Assembly: GCA_944363525.1 (NCBI GenBank)
Contig: CALVUF010000001.1
Span: 116,497-180,496 of the forward strand
DNA from: an uncultured Bacilli bacterium
GTDB lineage: Bacteria; Bacillota_I; Bacilli_A; RFN20; CAG-826
Direction: 5' to 3'
Length of the DNA stretch: 64,000 nt
Shown: in pieces, positions 23,863 to 33,155 of the stretch
Layout: every line of letters starts with the position of its first letter
Position numbering within the stretch: the first letter of the stretch is position 1
Made by a program: the position numbers and the translations under genes
The notes under the pieces: model-generated
The model's input: only the letters and a program-made list of their open reading frames with translations
What the model was told of the DNA's origin: nothing
Database searches by the model: none

Positions 23863-26073
23863 ATGAAAGAAGTGTTCGAAACAACCTTCGCCGGACGCCA
23901 TCTCCAAGTGGAATCCGGCGAGATCGCCAAACAGGCCGATGGTTCGGTCTTAGTCCGCTTTGGCGACACCGTCGTCCTCGCCACCGCCTGCTGCGCCGAC
24001 GAGCCGAAAGAAGGGGATTTCTTCCCCCTCACCGTCAATTATGAGGAAAAGCAGTACGCCTCTGGCAAAATCCCCGGTAGCTTCCTCCGCCGGGAAGGCC
24101 GGGCCAGCGAGCATGCGACCTTAAGCGCCCGTCTGATCGACCGGCCGATCCGCCCGTTATTCGCCGATGGGTTCCGCAACGAAGTCCAGATCGTCGCCAC
24201 CGTCATGAGCTGCGATCGGGACAATACCCCGGAGATGACCGGGATGCTCGGCGCCTCCTTGGCCCTTTGCACCTCCGACATCCCCTTCGATGGCCCGGTG
24301 GCTGGCGTCTATGTCGGCCGGGTCAACGGCGAGCTTATCGTCGATCCGACCGAGGAGCAGATGAAGAACAGCGACATCAACCTCGCGGTCGCCGGCACCG
24401 AGAATGCCATCATGATGGTCGAGGCCGGGGCCAACCAGGTCCCCGAAGAGGAAATGCTCGATGCCATCATGTTCGGCTTTGAGCACATCAAGACCCTCTG
24501 CGCCTTCCAAAAAGAGATCATCGCCAAAATCGGCAAGCCCAAGCGCCATATTGACCTCTACGCCCCCGACCCGAAGATCGTCGAGGACATCCATTCCCGG
24601 ATCGGCGAACGGATGGTCAAGGCCATCTCCATCTTCGATAAACTCGAACGGCAGGACGCCATTGATGCTTTAAAGAAGGAAATCAAAGACGATTACGAAT
24701 CGCGCGAATACGAAGACGAGCATGACCACAAGATGACCATGCTCATGGTCGATGACATCCTCGAGAAGATGGTGGCCGATGAAGTCCGCCGCCTCATCAC
24801 CGAGGACAAGATCCGCCCCGACGGACGGAAAGTCGATGAGATCCGGCCGCTCGATTGCCAGATCGACCTCCTCCCGCGGGCCCATGGCTCGGCCATGTTC
24901 ACCCGGGGTCAGACCCAGGTCATCGGCACGACCACCCTCGGCCCTCTTAGCGACAAACAGATCATCGACGATCTGACCGGGGAGACTGAGCGCCGCTTCA
25001 TGCATCATTACAACTTCCCGCCTTATTCGGTCGGGGAAATCGGAAGAATGGGCGCCCCGGGCCGGCGGGAGATCGGCCACGGGAAGCTTGGCGAAAGAGC
25101 TCTTAGCTACGTCCTCCCCTCGGAAGAGGAATTCCCCTATACCATTCGCTGCGTCGCTGATGTCGTTGAATCCAACGGCTCAAGCTCGCAAGCCTCCATC
25201 TGCGCCAACTGCATGTCGCTTATGGCGGCTGGCGTCCCGATCAAAGCCATCGTCTCCGGCATCGCCATGGGGCTCATCACCTCGGGCCCGTTAGACGGGA
25301 AGCACCCCTATACCATCCTCACCGACATCCAAGGCTTAGAGGATCATTTCGGTGATATGGACTTCAAATGCGCCGGCACTGAGAAGGGGCTCACCGCCCT
25401 CCAGATGGACATCAAGATCCATGGCGTCACCCGCGAGGTCCTAAGCGAAGCCCTCGCCCAGGCCAACAAAGCCCGGGCCGAGATCCGGGAAGCCATCGCC
25501 AAGGTCATCCCCGAGCCGCGGAAAGAGGTCTCGAAGTACGCGCCGAAGATGGTCAGCTTCAAGATCGACGTCGATAAGATCCGCGATGTCATCGGGCAAG
25601 GCGGCAAGGTCATCAACGGCATCATCGCCGATTGCAATGGCGTTCAGATCGATGTCGAGGAAGACGGGACCATCACCATCTACCATAGCGACAAGGCGAT
25701 GATCGAGAAGGCCAAGGCCATCATCGACGACATCGTCCGCGAAGCCAAGGTCGGGGAGATCTTCGAAGGGAAGGTCACCCGGGTCGAGGATTACGGCTGC
25801 TTCGTCAACCTCTTCGGCGACACCGATGGGCTCTGCCACGTCTCGCGGTTAGCCTGGAACTACGTCGAGGACGCCCATGACGTCGTCAAAGTCGGCGACA
25901 CCCTCAAGGTCGTCGTCATCGGCTTAGACGAGAAGGGCAAAGTCAAAGTCAGCCACCGGGAATTCGAGGAGAAGCCGGAAGGCTACGTCGAACGGCCTGA
26001 GCGGCCATCTCGCGGCGGACATGGCGGGAACTCCCATCATGGCCCGCGGGGGAACGGCAAACCACGCCGGTAA
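23863..26073 (+). CDS. pnp: polyribonucleotide nucleotidyltransferase (PNPase)
   Basis: Two RNase PH domains plus KH and S1 (GKVTRVEDYGCFV). Start ATG 23863 (MKEVFETTFAGR) with SD AAAGGAAAAA. Confidence 0.97.
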   Translation: MKEVFETTFAGRHLQVESGEIAKQADGSVLVRFGDTVVLATACCADEPKEGDFFPLTVNYEEKQYASGKIPGSFLRREGRASEHATLSARLIDRPIRPLFADGFRNEVQIVATVMSCDRDNTPEMTGMLGASLALCTSDIPFDGPVAGVYVGRVNGELIVDPTEEQMKNSDINLAVAGTENAIMMVEAGANQVPEEEMLDAIMFGFEHIKTLCAFQKEIIAKIGKPKRHIDLYAPDPKIVEDIHSRIGERMVKAISIFDKLERQDAIDALKKEIKDDYESREYEDEHDHKMTMLMVDDILEKMVADEVRRLITEDKIRPDGRKVDEIRPLDCQIDLLPRAHGSAMFTRGQTQVIGTTTLGPLSDKQIIDDLTGETERRFMHHYNFPPYSVGEIGRMGAPGRREIGHGKLGERALSYVLPSEEEFPYTIRCVADVVESNGSSSQASICANCMSLMAAGVPIKAIVSGIAMGLITSGPLDGKHPYTILTDIQGLEDHFGDMDFKCAGTEKGLTALQMDIKIHGVTREVLSEALAQANKARAEIREAIAKVIPEPRKEVSKYAPKMVSFKIDVDKIRDVIGQGGKVINGIIADCNGVQIDVEEDGTITIYHSDKAMIEKAKAIIDDIVREAKVGEIFEGKVTRVEDYGCFVNLFGDTDGLCHVSRLAWNYVEDAHDVVKVGDTLKVVVIGLDEKGKVKVSHREFEEKPEGYVERPERPSRGGHGGNSHHGPRGNGKPRR

Positions 26074-26087
26074 AGGCAAAAAAGACT

Positions 26088-26117
26088 AGGCAAGGAGGGA
26101 AACTTCCTTGCCTTTTG
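26088..26117 (+). terminator. pnp terminator
   Basis: AGGCAAGGA / 8-nt loop / TCCTTGCCT followed by TTTG. Confidence 0.6.
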
Positions 26118-26155
26118 CTATATTTGGCACAAAATATAAGCAAGGAGGGAGACCT

Positions 26156-26752
26156 ATGCCTAAAATCATCACCATCGCCCGGCAGTTCGGCAGCGGCGGC
26201 CGGGAAGTCGGCAGGAGATTGGCCGAGAAGCTCGGCTATGCCTATTACGATAACGAGATCATCAACGAGTTGATGAAAAGCACCTCGTATTCGAAGGAAT
26301 ACATCGAGGAGGTGTCGGAGAAGGACCCGGTGCCCTTATTCCCCATCCGTTATGGGTCGACCCTCAATCCCTCGCCTGACCCCGGGGTCTCGATGGCCAT
26401 CGAGGTCTTAAGCGCCCAAGCCAAGATCATCCGCGAGATGGCCTTGAAATCCGACTGCGTCATCATCGGCCGGGCGGCCGATTATCTGCTTCGCGATTTA
26501 AAGCCATATCGGATCTTCGTCTATGCGAGCGACGAATCCCGCCTCGCCCGGACACTCGCCCGCGAGCAAGGGGGCAAGACCGAGAAGCAGCTTAAAAAAG
26601 ACATGAAGGCGGTCGATAAAAAAAGGCGGAAGTACTACCGCTTCGTCACCGGGAAAGATTGGGACAATTGGGAAAACTACGACCTTTGTCTCAATACCTC
26701 GAACGCCGACATCAAGTCGCTCGTCGATTGGTTAGCCCATCTATTCGCCTAA
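26156..26752 (+). CDS. cytidylate kinase-like family protein
   Basis: MPKIITIARQFGSGGREVGRRLAEKLGYAYYD is the hallmark N-terminus of the Cytidylate_kin2 family. SD AAGGAGGG. Confidence 0.8.
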   Translation: MPKIITIARQFGSGGREVGRRLAEKLGYAYYDNEIINELMKSTSYSKEYIEEVSEKDPVPLFPIRYGSTLNPSPDPGVSMAIEVLSAQAKIIREMALKSDCVIIGRAADYLLRDLKPYRIFVYASDESRLARTLAREQGGKTEKQLKKDMKAVDKKRRKYYRFVTGKDWDNWENYDLCLNTSNADIKSLVDWLAHLFA

Positions 26753-27763
26753 TTGTTTGGCGATCAGCCTTATATTGTCTGAACAAAGCAAACCGTCGAT
26801 GTCCTCGACGGTTTTTATCATCTTGTCCTTCAATAGGTAATGGAGGGAGGAGAAAAGGCCGTCGCCAAGAGGATAATCCTTATCGCCATAGCCGTTGCTC
26901 TCTTCCTCGATCAAGGCGATCAGGTAGCGGCGTAAATACTCCAGCAGGCTCTCCTCAATCCAGTAGGCGTTGGATTTGGCCGCCCCTTCATTGGCCTTTA
27001 ACTTAATATATAAGGGCAAGCCATCGACCTCATCCCGCCAGATGTCGGCGAAGAGGAAGTCATAGCCTCCGTTTTTGTGGGCTTTGGCGTATTCGATGGC
27101 GTCTCCTTGCTCAATAGCAATCTTCTCCTTATTAGGGAAAAGCGGGAGCAATTTGGCCTTAAAACCTTCGATCAATCGGGGGTCTTTCTCGATGACCTTA
27201 ACCGATTCGACCTCTTGCTTATTGGCTATCATGAAAAGAGCATAGCCTAAGCCTAAGCCGTAGAGCAGGACTCGGCCTTTAGTCATCTCGATTGGATGGC
27301 GCATCGTATTGATCTCGTGGGGGATGACCTCCATCCAGTTCGCGCCTCCGACTTGGTAGAGGGGATATTCGACGATGGTGGGAAAATAAGCCGAGGGGGA
27401 GTAGGACTCATAGGACTTCCGGATGGTTATTTCGTCATAGAGGAACACCTCGTTGGCTTGGTAGTGGGAAAAAGCAAACCCGTCCTTTGGGGTCAATTTA
27501 TCTTTATGGTCAACAAGGAATCGATAGTAAGGATTATCATAAAGTTCCTTCGGGTCGAGTTTCTTGAATTCGACGGTCTGGAACAGCTGCTGATCCTCTT
27601 CATCGAAAAGGGAAAAGAGGGACTTGAGGCTTTTATATCCCTTGGAGGAGACCCGGTAGAGGCGAGACAAAGCGTTATCGCGGGCTGAGGAGAAGGCATC
27701 GGCCTCATAAATCCGTTCTAAGTAAGCCTTGGCTTTCCGATCCAATTCGAAAATCATGGCCAT
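26741..27763 (-). CDS. spermidine-synthase-like / class I SAM-dependent methyltransferase-fold protein
   Basis: VLLYGLGLGYALF (motif I-like), VKVIEKDPRLIE and DFLFADIW. Start trimmed to ATG 27763 (or 27757); the longer ORF is antisense to the next gene. Confidence 0.5.
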   Translation of the reverse strand: MAMIFELDRKAKAYLERIYEADAFSSARDNALSRLYRVSSKGYKSLKSLFSLFDEEDQQLFQTVEFKKLDPKELYDNPYYRFLVDHKDKLTPKDGFAFSHYQANEVFLYDEITIRKSYESYSPSAYFPTIVEYPLYQVGGANWMEVIPHEINTMRHPIEMTKGRVLLYGLGLGYALFMIANKQEVESVKVIEKDPRLIEGFKAKLLPLFPNKEKIAIEQGDAIEYAKAHKNGGYDFLFADIWRDEVDGLPLYIKLKANEGAAKSNAYWIEESLLEYLRRYLIALIEEESNGYGDKDYPLGDGLFSSLHYLLKDKMIKTVEDIDGLLCSDNIRLIAKQLGE

Positions 27764-27802
27764 GATTATGCGCCGAAAAGAAGAAAAATAAAGAGAAGCG
27801 CG

Positions 27803-27808
27803 TATAAT
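27803..27808 (+). promoter_or_regulatory. -10 box 6 nt from the start codon (leaderless-type)
   Basis: TATAAT at 27803-27808, then AGACAT, then GTG 27815. Confidence 0.35.
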
Positions 27809-27814
27809 AGACAT

Positions 27815-29230
27815 GTGCAAGACGTAATCATAATCGGCGCCGGGGTTATCGGGACCCTGATCGCCAGAAACCTCTCCGCCTACCAGACCGACGTTTTGGT
27901 GTTGGAGAAAAACCTCGATGTCGGCGATGGGGCCAGCGGGGCCAACTCCGCCATCGTCCATAGTGGCTATGACCCGATCCCCGGGACGAAGAAAGCCGAA
28001 TACAACGTTCGCGGCAACGCGATGTTCGACCAATTGAGCCGCGAACTCGGCGTCCCCTTCCGCCGGATCGGCTCGTTGACCTTAGCTTTCGATGAAGAAG
28101 GGGAGCAAAAATTGTCCGAACTGCTGAACCGGGCTAAGCAAAACGGCGTGCCGGCGGAAATTCTATTCGGTTATGACGCCATCAAGGAGAAAGAGCCCCA
28201 TGTTCCCAAGGAAGTTAAGGCGGCCCTTTATTGCCCGACGGCCGGGATCGTCGACCCCTTCCTTTTAACCGCCCGGGCGATGGAAAACGCCCTTGATAAT
28301 GGGGCTAAGCTCCATTTAGGCGAAGCGGTGACCGCCATCAAGCCGATTGACGGCGGCTATGAGGTGCAGACCCCGAAAGCAACCTATCAAACCCGTTATG
28401 TAATCAACGCCGCCGGGGCTTATGCCGATGAGATCGCCAAGATGATGGGCCTTGATAAATGGAAGATAATCCCCAAGAAAGGCCAATATTTCGTCCTTGA
28501 CCATTTCGGCCCTTTCGTCAAAACCGTCCTGTTCCCTTTGCCTAGTCAAAAGGGCAAAGGAATGCTCGTCACCCCGACCACCGCCGGCAACTATCTGGTC
28601 GGCCCGTCCTCCTCGATTGAAGAAAGCAAAGACGACGTCTCAACCGATAGCTTGACCTTAGCCCAAGTCAAAGAAGGCGGGGCTAAATTAGTCGATCAGT
28701 TGCCATTGAAAGAGGCGATCCGGGTTTACGCCGGGCTCCGCTCCTCCATCGAAGGCGGGGATTTCGTCATCGAGGAATCGAAACCAGGTTTCCTTAATCT
28801 CATCGGCATCGATTCGCCTGGGTTAGCCAGCTCCCCCTATATCGGGAAACTGGTGGCCGAGATGGCCGAGAGCCGGCTCCATCTAACGAAGAAAAAGAAC
28901 TGGAATCCGTTCGTTAGCCGGATCAAATTAGCCAATCTTAGCCTCGAGGAAAGAGCCAAATTAATTAAGGAAAATCCTGATTATGGCGAGATTATCTGCA
29001 CTTGCGAAAAAATCAGCCTCGGCGAGATAAGGCAGGAACTCCGCACCTCTTTGCCATGCCTCACCATCAAGGCGATGAAGAAAAGGACCCGTTGCGGGTT
29101 CGGCAAATGCCAAGGCGGCTTCTGCCAAGCCCGAATCCTTGAGGAGATCGCCCGGGCCAACGGGAAAAAGCTTGAGGAGATCAATTATGGCTTTCCCGAC
29201 AGCTTTCAGCTGAAGGAGGCGAGCAAATGA
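27815..29230 (+). CDS. FAD-dependent glycerol-3-phosphate dehydrogenase-like oxidoreductase with a C-terminal BFD-like [2Fe-2S] domain
   Basis: DVIIIGAGVIG dinucleotide fold. C-terminal Cys pattern CTCEKISLGE...RCGFGKCQGGFC. Confidence 0.8.
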   Translation: MQDVIIIGAGVIGTLIARNLSAYQTDVLVLEKNLDVGDGASGANSAIVHSGYDPIPGTKKAEYNVRGNAMFDQLSRELGVPFRRIGSLTLAFDEEGEQKLSELLNRAKQNGVPAEILFGYDAIKEKEPHVPKEVKAALYCPTAGIVDPFLLTARAMENALDNGAKLHLGEAVTAIKPIDGGYEVQTPKATYQTRYVINAAGAYADEIAKMMGLDKWKIIPKKGQYFVLDHFGPFVKTVLFPLPSQKGKGMLVTPTTAGNYLVGPSSSIEESKDDVSTDSLTLAQVKEGGAKLVDQLPLKEAIRVYAGLRSSIEGGDFVIEESKPGFLNLIGIDSPGLASSPYIGKLVAEMAESRLHLTKKKNWNPFVSRIKLANLSLEERAKLIKENPDYGEIICTCEKISLGEIRQELRTSLPCLTIKAMKKRTRCGFGKCQGGFCQARILEEIARANGKKLEEINYGFPDSFQLKEASK

Positions 29231-30477
29231 AGAAGACGGTCGATATTCTGATCATCGGCGGCGGGGCCGCCGGTTTAGGGGCGGCTTTAGGCGCCGTCGA
29301 AGCCGGGGCGAAGGAAATCCTCCTGGTTGACCGGAAGAACCGGTTAGGGGGGATTTTGACCCAATGCGTCCATTCCGGCTTTGGGCTTAAGGTGTTTGGC
29401 GAGGAGTTGACTGGCCCTGAGTTCGCCTCCAGATTAGCCCGGAAATTGGCCGAAACCCCGGTTGAAGTCTGGCTCAACGCCTTCGTGCTCTCGATCTCGC
29501 CGGCCAAAGAAGCCTTGATTTCCTCTCGGGATGGCCTTTATCAAGTGAGTGCCAAAACCATCATCTATGCCACTGGCTGCTTGGAACGGACCCCGGGGAT
29601 GATCCAATTGCCTGGCACCCGGCCCTCGGGCGTCTTAACCGCCGGCTTAGCCCAGCTTTATCTCAATGAATATGGATATTTACCCGGCAAAAAGGCCTTT
29701 ATCTTAGGCTCGGGCGATATTGGGCTCATCATGGCCAGGCGCCTTAGCCTAGAAGGGGCTAAGGTCCTCGGGGTGGCCGAGATCATGCCCTATAGCAATG
29801 GATTGGTCCGGAATAAGGTCCAATGCCTCGATGATTTCGGCATCCCTTTATATCTATCCCATACCGTCTCCCGGGTTTATGGCAACCATCACCTGGAAGC
29901 CATCGATTTAGTCAAGGTCGACGAGGAGGGCAAGATAATTCAGGGAACCGAGGAGCATATCGAATGCGACCTTCTCTTATTGTCGGTCGGCTTATTGCCT
30001 AACGTCGGCATCCTCAAAAACGCCGGGGCCCGGATTGGGGAGAGCAAAGGGGCGGCGGTCGATGGGTCATTGATGACTTCCTTGCCCGGGGTCTTTAGCG
30101 CTGGCAATTCCCTTCACGTCCACGATTTGGCTGACGAAGCTTATCTCGAAGGGATCGAGGCCGGGAAAGCGGCCGTCAATTGCCTTAAAGGGGTGCCGGA
30201 GCATCGGACGATGACCCCGTTATCCCATAATGAGAACATCGGCTATCTCGTTCCGTCCTATTATGACGAATCCTATCTCGGCGACCTTCTCATCAAGTTC
30301 CGTTGCCGCCGTCCAAAAGAAAAATGCGTCATTATGGTAATAGCGGATGGCGAGATTATCAAAACCATCAATAAAATATCGATGCTGCCGAGTGAAATGG
30401 AAATTATAAGAATTCCTAAAAAACTACTGAAAAACAACTTAAAAACTATCGAAGTTATTTTGGAGGACCGTTTATGA
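29227..30477 (+). CDS. FAD/NAD(P)-binding pyridine nucleotide-disulfide oxidoreductase family protein
   Basis: DILIIGGGAAGLGAAL and a second Rossmann motif FILGSGDIGLIMA. 4-nt overlap with the upstream gene. Confidence 0.8.
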   Translation: MKKTVDILIIGGGAAGLGAALGAVEAGAKEILLVDRKNRLGGILTQCVHSGFGLKVFGEELTGPEFASRLARKLAETPVEVWLNAFVLSISPAKEALISSRDGLYQVSAKTIIYATGCLERTPGMIQLPGTRPSGVLTAGLAQLYLNEYGYLPGKKAFILGSGDIGLIMARRLSLEGAKVLGVAEIMPYSNGLVRNKVQCLDDFGIPLYLSHTVSRVYGNHHLEAIDLVKVDEEGKIIQGTEEHIECDLLLLSVGLLPNVGILKNAGARIGESKGAAVDGSLMTSLPGVFSAGNSLHVHDLADEAYLEGIEAGKAAVNCLKGVPEHRTMTPLSHNENIGYLVPSYYDESYLGDLLIKFRCRRPKEKCVIMVIADGEIIKTINKISMLPSEMEIIRIPKKLLKNNLKTIEVILEDRL

Positions 30478-30821
30478 AACTCCAGACCACCTGCATCATC
30501 TGCCCCCGGGGTTGCCGCTTGACGGTCGAGGACGATCTGACCGTTTCCGGGAACTCCTGCCCCCGCGGCGAACGGTATGGCCGGCAAGAGGCGACCGACC
30601 CGAGGCGGAGCGTCTCCTCGACCATTAGGATTGACTCAACTTTAGTAAAGATGTGCCCGGTCCATACCAGCGCCCCTTTCCCGAAGGCGAAGATCCCGGC
30701 CTTGATGGAGGCTATTAAGCCGCTTTCGGCAAAAGCCCCTGTTCACATGGGCGAGGCGGTGTGTCAAAATCTCCTTGGAACGGGCATTGACTTGCTCATA
30801 AGCGAAGACATCGAACGATAA
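30474..30821 (+). CDS. DUF1667 domain protein
   Basis: CIICPRGCRLTV...SGNSCPRGERYG Cys pattern. Third gene of the conserved trio. Confidence 0.8.
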   Translation: MKLQTTCIICPRGCRLTVEDDLTVSGNSCPRGERYGRQEATDPRRSVSSTIRIDSTLVKMCPVHTSAPFPKAKIPALMEAIKPLSAKAPVHMGEAVCQNLLGTGIDLLISEDIER

Positions 30822-31363
30822 TGAAAGCCTTAATCGCCAGCGATATCCATGGCCGGAAGAACGCCATGGCCAAACTCAGCGCCGTCATCGACGCCTATGC
30901 CCCCGATCGGATCATCCTATTGGGCGACTACCTTTACAATGGGCCGCGGAATGGGGTGCCGGACGATTACGACCCGATGCATGTCTGCCAGGAGCTGAAC
31001 CGCTACGCCGGGAAAATCGTCGGGGTCCGGGGAAATTGCGATTCCCGGATCGACCAGACTTTGCTCAAATTCGGGATCGAGGACTCGAAAGTCATCTATC
31101 TCGACGGCTACCGGATTGATTTGATCCATGGGGACCTGCTCACCAGCGACCTCCTGCACGTCTGCCGGGGTGATATTTTGATGTATGGCCACACCCATAT
31201 CCCGATGCTGAAGAAGCAAGAAGGGGTCTTCTACCTCAATCCCGGCTCAATCTCCTTCCCCAAAAACGGCTACCCGGCGAGCTATGCCATCTTTGAGAAC
31301 CGGGAGATCAAGGTGTTGCCCTTAGACGGCGGGGAACCGCTTTTTGCCCTTTCCCTAGCCTAG
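30821..31363 (+). CDS. YfcE-type metallophosphoesterase
   Basis: SDIHG, LLGDYLYNGPRN, GNCDS and GHTH motifs. Confidence 0.85.
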   Translation: MKALIASDIHGRKNAMAKLSAVIDAYAPDRIILLGDYLYNGPRNGVPDDYDPMHVCQELNRYAGKIVGVRGNCDSRIDQTLLKFGIEDSKVIYLDGYRIDLIHGDLLTSDLLHVCRGDILMYGHTHIPMLKKQEGVFYLNPGSISFPKNGYPASYAIFENREIKVLPLDGGEPLFALSLA

Positions 31364-31406
31364 GCTAGGGCGAAACTGCTATAATCACCCCAGAACGAGG
31401 AAAATA

Positions 31407-33083
31407 ATGGATAACAAAGTCAAGATATTCGCTTTAGGTGGGCTCGATGAAGAAGGGAAGGATTGCTATTGCGTCGACATCGACGGCGACCTCTTCGTCA
31501 TCGAATGCGGCCTCCGCCAGCCGGACAAGACGATGCCGGGCGTCGATTACGTCATCCCCCGGCTCGATTACCTTTTCGAGAACAAAGACCGGATCAAAGG
31601 CTATTTCCTGACCCATGGGCACGACGACGTGCTCGGGGCCTTGGCCTTTATCTATAAAGAAGCCCCGGCCCCGATCTATGGCTCCAGGGTCTCCTTGGAG
31701 ATGTTGAAGATGTTCACCCTCCATGTCCATAAGGACCCGAAGATGTACGACCTCCATCCGGTCGAGCCGAGCTCGGTGTTCCAGGTGGCGGGGCGGACCA
31801 TCACCTATTTCCATACCGCCCACAACATCGCCGCCTCCAGCGGCATCGCCATCTCGACGAGCCTTGGCAACGTCGTCTTCCTTGGCGATTTCGTCATCGA
31901 GAACGCCGCCTCCGGGTCCTATGTCTGCGACATGAACGCCATCGGGAAATTGGCGGAGCAGCCAACCTTGGCCTTATTGATCGAATCGATCTACGCCGAC
32001 CGCCCGGGCTATACCGCCCCCCAATACAAATTAGCCCCCAAGCTCGAGGACATCATCAAAAACGCCACGGGTCGGGTGTTCGTCTCCATCTTCGCCAGCG
32101 ACCTCTATAACGTCAACGAGTTGATCAGTTTGGCGGTCGCCAACAAGAAGAAGATCGTCTGTTACGACCAAAGCGACCAAGAGATCCTCCAAACCATGCA
32201 AGCCTGCGGGGAACTCTCGATCCCGCGGGATAATTTCGCCTCTTTGGACGACATCCTCCGTTATCGGGACCAGGACCTCGTCATCCTCATGACTGGCTTC
32301 GGGGCGAAGATTTTCCGGAAGATGGCCTTATTGGCCTCGGGGCAAAACGAGGACAAGCGGATCAAGCTCCGTCCGACCGATACCTTCGTCGTCGCCTCGA
32401 TGAGCAACGATTTGACCGAGCTTGAATACACCGACGCCGCCGACGAACTCTTCCGTTCCGGCTGCCACGTCCAGCTCCTATCGAAGAAGACCTTCCTCCG
32501 GATGCACGCCTCGGAAGAGGACATCAAAATGATGGCCTCGATGCTGAAGCCGAAGTATTACATCCCGATCAAAGGGTTCTATAAGTCCTTGCTCCATAAC
32601 GCCATGCTGGCCCTTTCGATGGGGCTGAGCCTCAACCATCAGAACGTCTTCGTCTTGGAAAACGGCCAATCGGTCATCCTCGATGCCAAAGGCGGCCGCC
32701 TCTTTGACGAGGGGATCCCCCATGGCGACATCCTGATCGACGGAGAAGGGGTCGGGGACGTCTCCGAGCAGGTCTTAGCCGATCGGAGCAAATTGGCCGA
32801 AGGGGTCTTGATCCTCGCCCTCACCATCTCGAAGAAGACCAAGAAGATCCTGGCCGGCCCCGAAGTCCAGATGAAAGGGTTCGTCTATGCCCACGAGGCC
32901 GACTTGGTGGCCCGGGAAGTGGGGAAGGTGTTCGTCAGTAGCGTCGAGGAAGCCCTGGCCGAACCCCATTTCGACCCCGAGCAGATGAAGCAGGCGGTCT
33001 ATGAGAAGTGCCTAAAGACCACTAGGCGCTGCACCGGCGGGAAGGAGCCGATGATATTGCCGCTTATCGTCGAGGCCGAATAG
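31407..33083 (+). CDS. rnj: ribonuclease J (variant metallo-beta-lactamase motif)
   Basis: IFALGGLDEEGKDCY, GVDYVIP and LTHGHDDVLGA align with the RNase J1/J2 N-termini; 558 aa. Motif II is HGHDDV rather than HGHEDH. Confidence 0.9.
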   Translation: MDNKVKIFALGGLDEEGKDCYCVDIDGDLFVIECGLRQPDKTMPGVDYVIPRLDYLFENKDRIKGYFLTHGHDDVLGALAFIYKEAPAPIYGSRVSLEMLKMFTLHVHKDPKMYDLHPVEPSSVFQVAGRTITYFHTAHNIAASSGIAISTSLGNVVFLGDFVIENAASGSYVCDMNAIGKLAEQPTLALLIESIYADRPGYTAPQYKLAPKLEDIIKNATGRVFVSIFASDLYNVNELISLAVANKKKIVCYDQSDQEILQTMQACGELSIPRDNFASLDDILRYRDQDLVILMTGFGAKIFRKMALLASGQNEDKRIKLRPTDTFVVASMSNDLTELEYTDAADELFRSGCHVQLLSKKTFLRMHASEEDIKMMASMLKPKYYIPIKGFYKSLLHNAMLALSMGLSLNHQNVFVLENGQSVILDAKGGRLFDEGIPHGDILIDGEGVGDVSEQVLADRSKLAEGVLILALTISKKTKKILAGPEVQMKGFVYAHEADLVAREVGKVFVSSVEEALAEPHFDPEQMKQAVYEKCLKTTRRCTGGKEPMILPLIVEAE

Positions 33084-33103
33084 GAAGAAAAAAATTCCCA
33101 CCG

Positions 33104-33144
33104 CGCAAGGGACATTCCTATGGAATGACCTTGCGTTTTTCTTT
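33104..33144 (+). terminator. rnj intrinsic terminator
   Basis: CGCAAGGgACATTCC-TAT-GGAATGaCCTTGCG followed by TTTTTCTTT. Confidence 0.85.
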
Positions 33145-33149
33145 ACAAT
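33144..33149 (+). promoter_or_regulatory. -10 box 6 nt from the ftsK ATG (leaderless-type)
   Basis: TACAAT at 33144-33149, then ATCGCT, then ATG 33156; no SD. Confidence 0.4.
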
Positions 33150-33155
33150 ATCGCT

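Noticed and set aside
27764-28033. 90-aa N-terminal extension of the minus-strand methyltransferase-like ORF.
   Set aside because: It is antisense to the well-supported FAD-binding N-terminus of the 27815 gene and has junk-like composition. The homology-like sequence begins at MAMIFELDRK.
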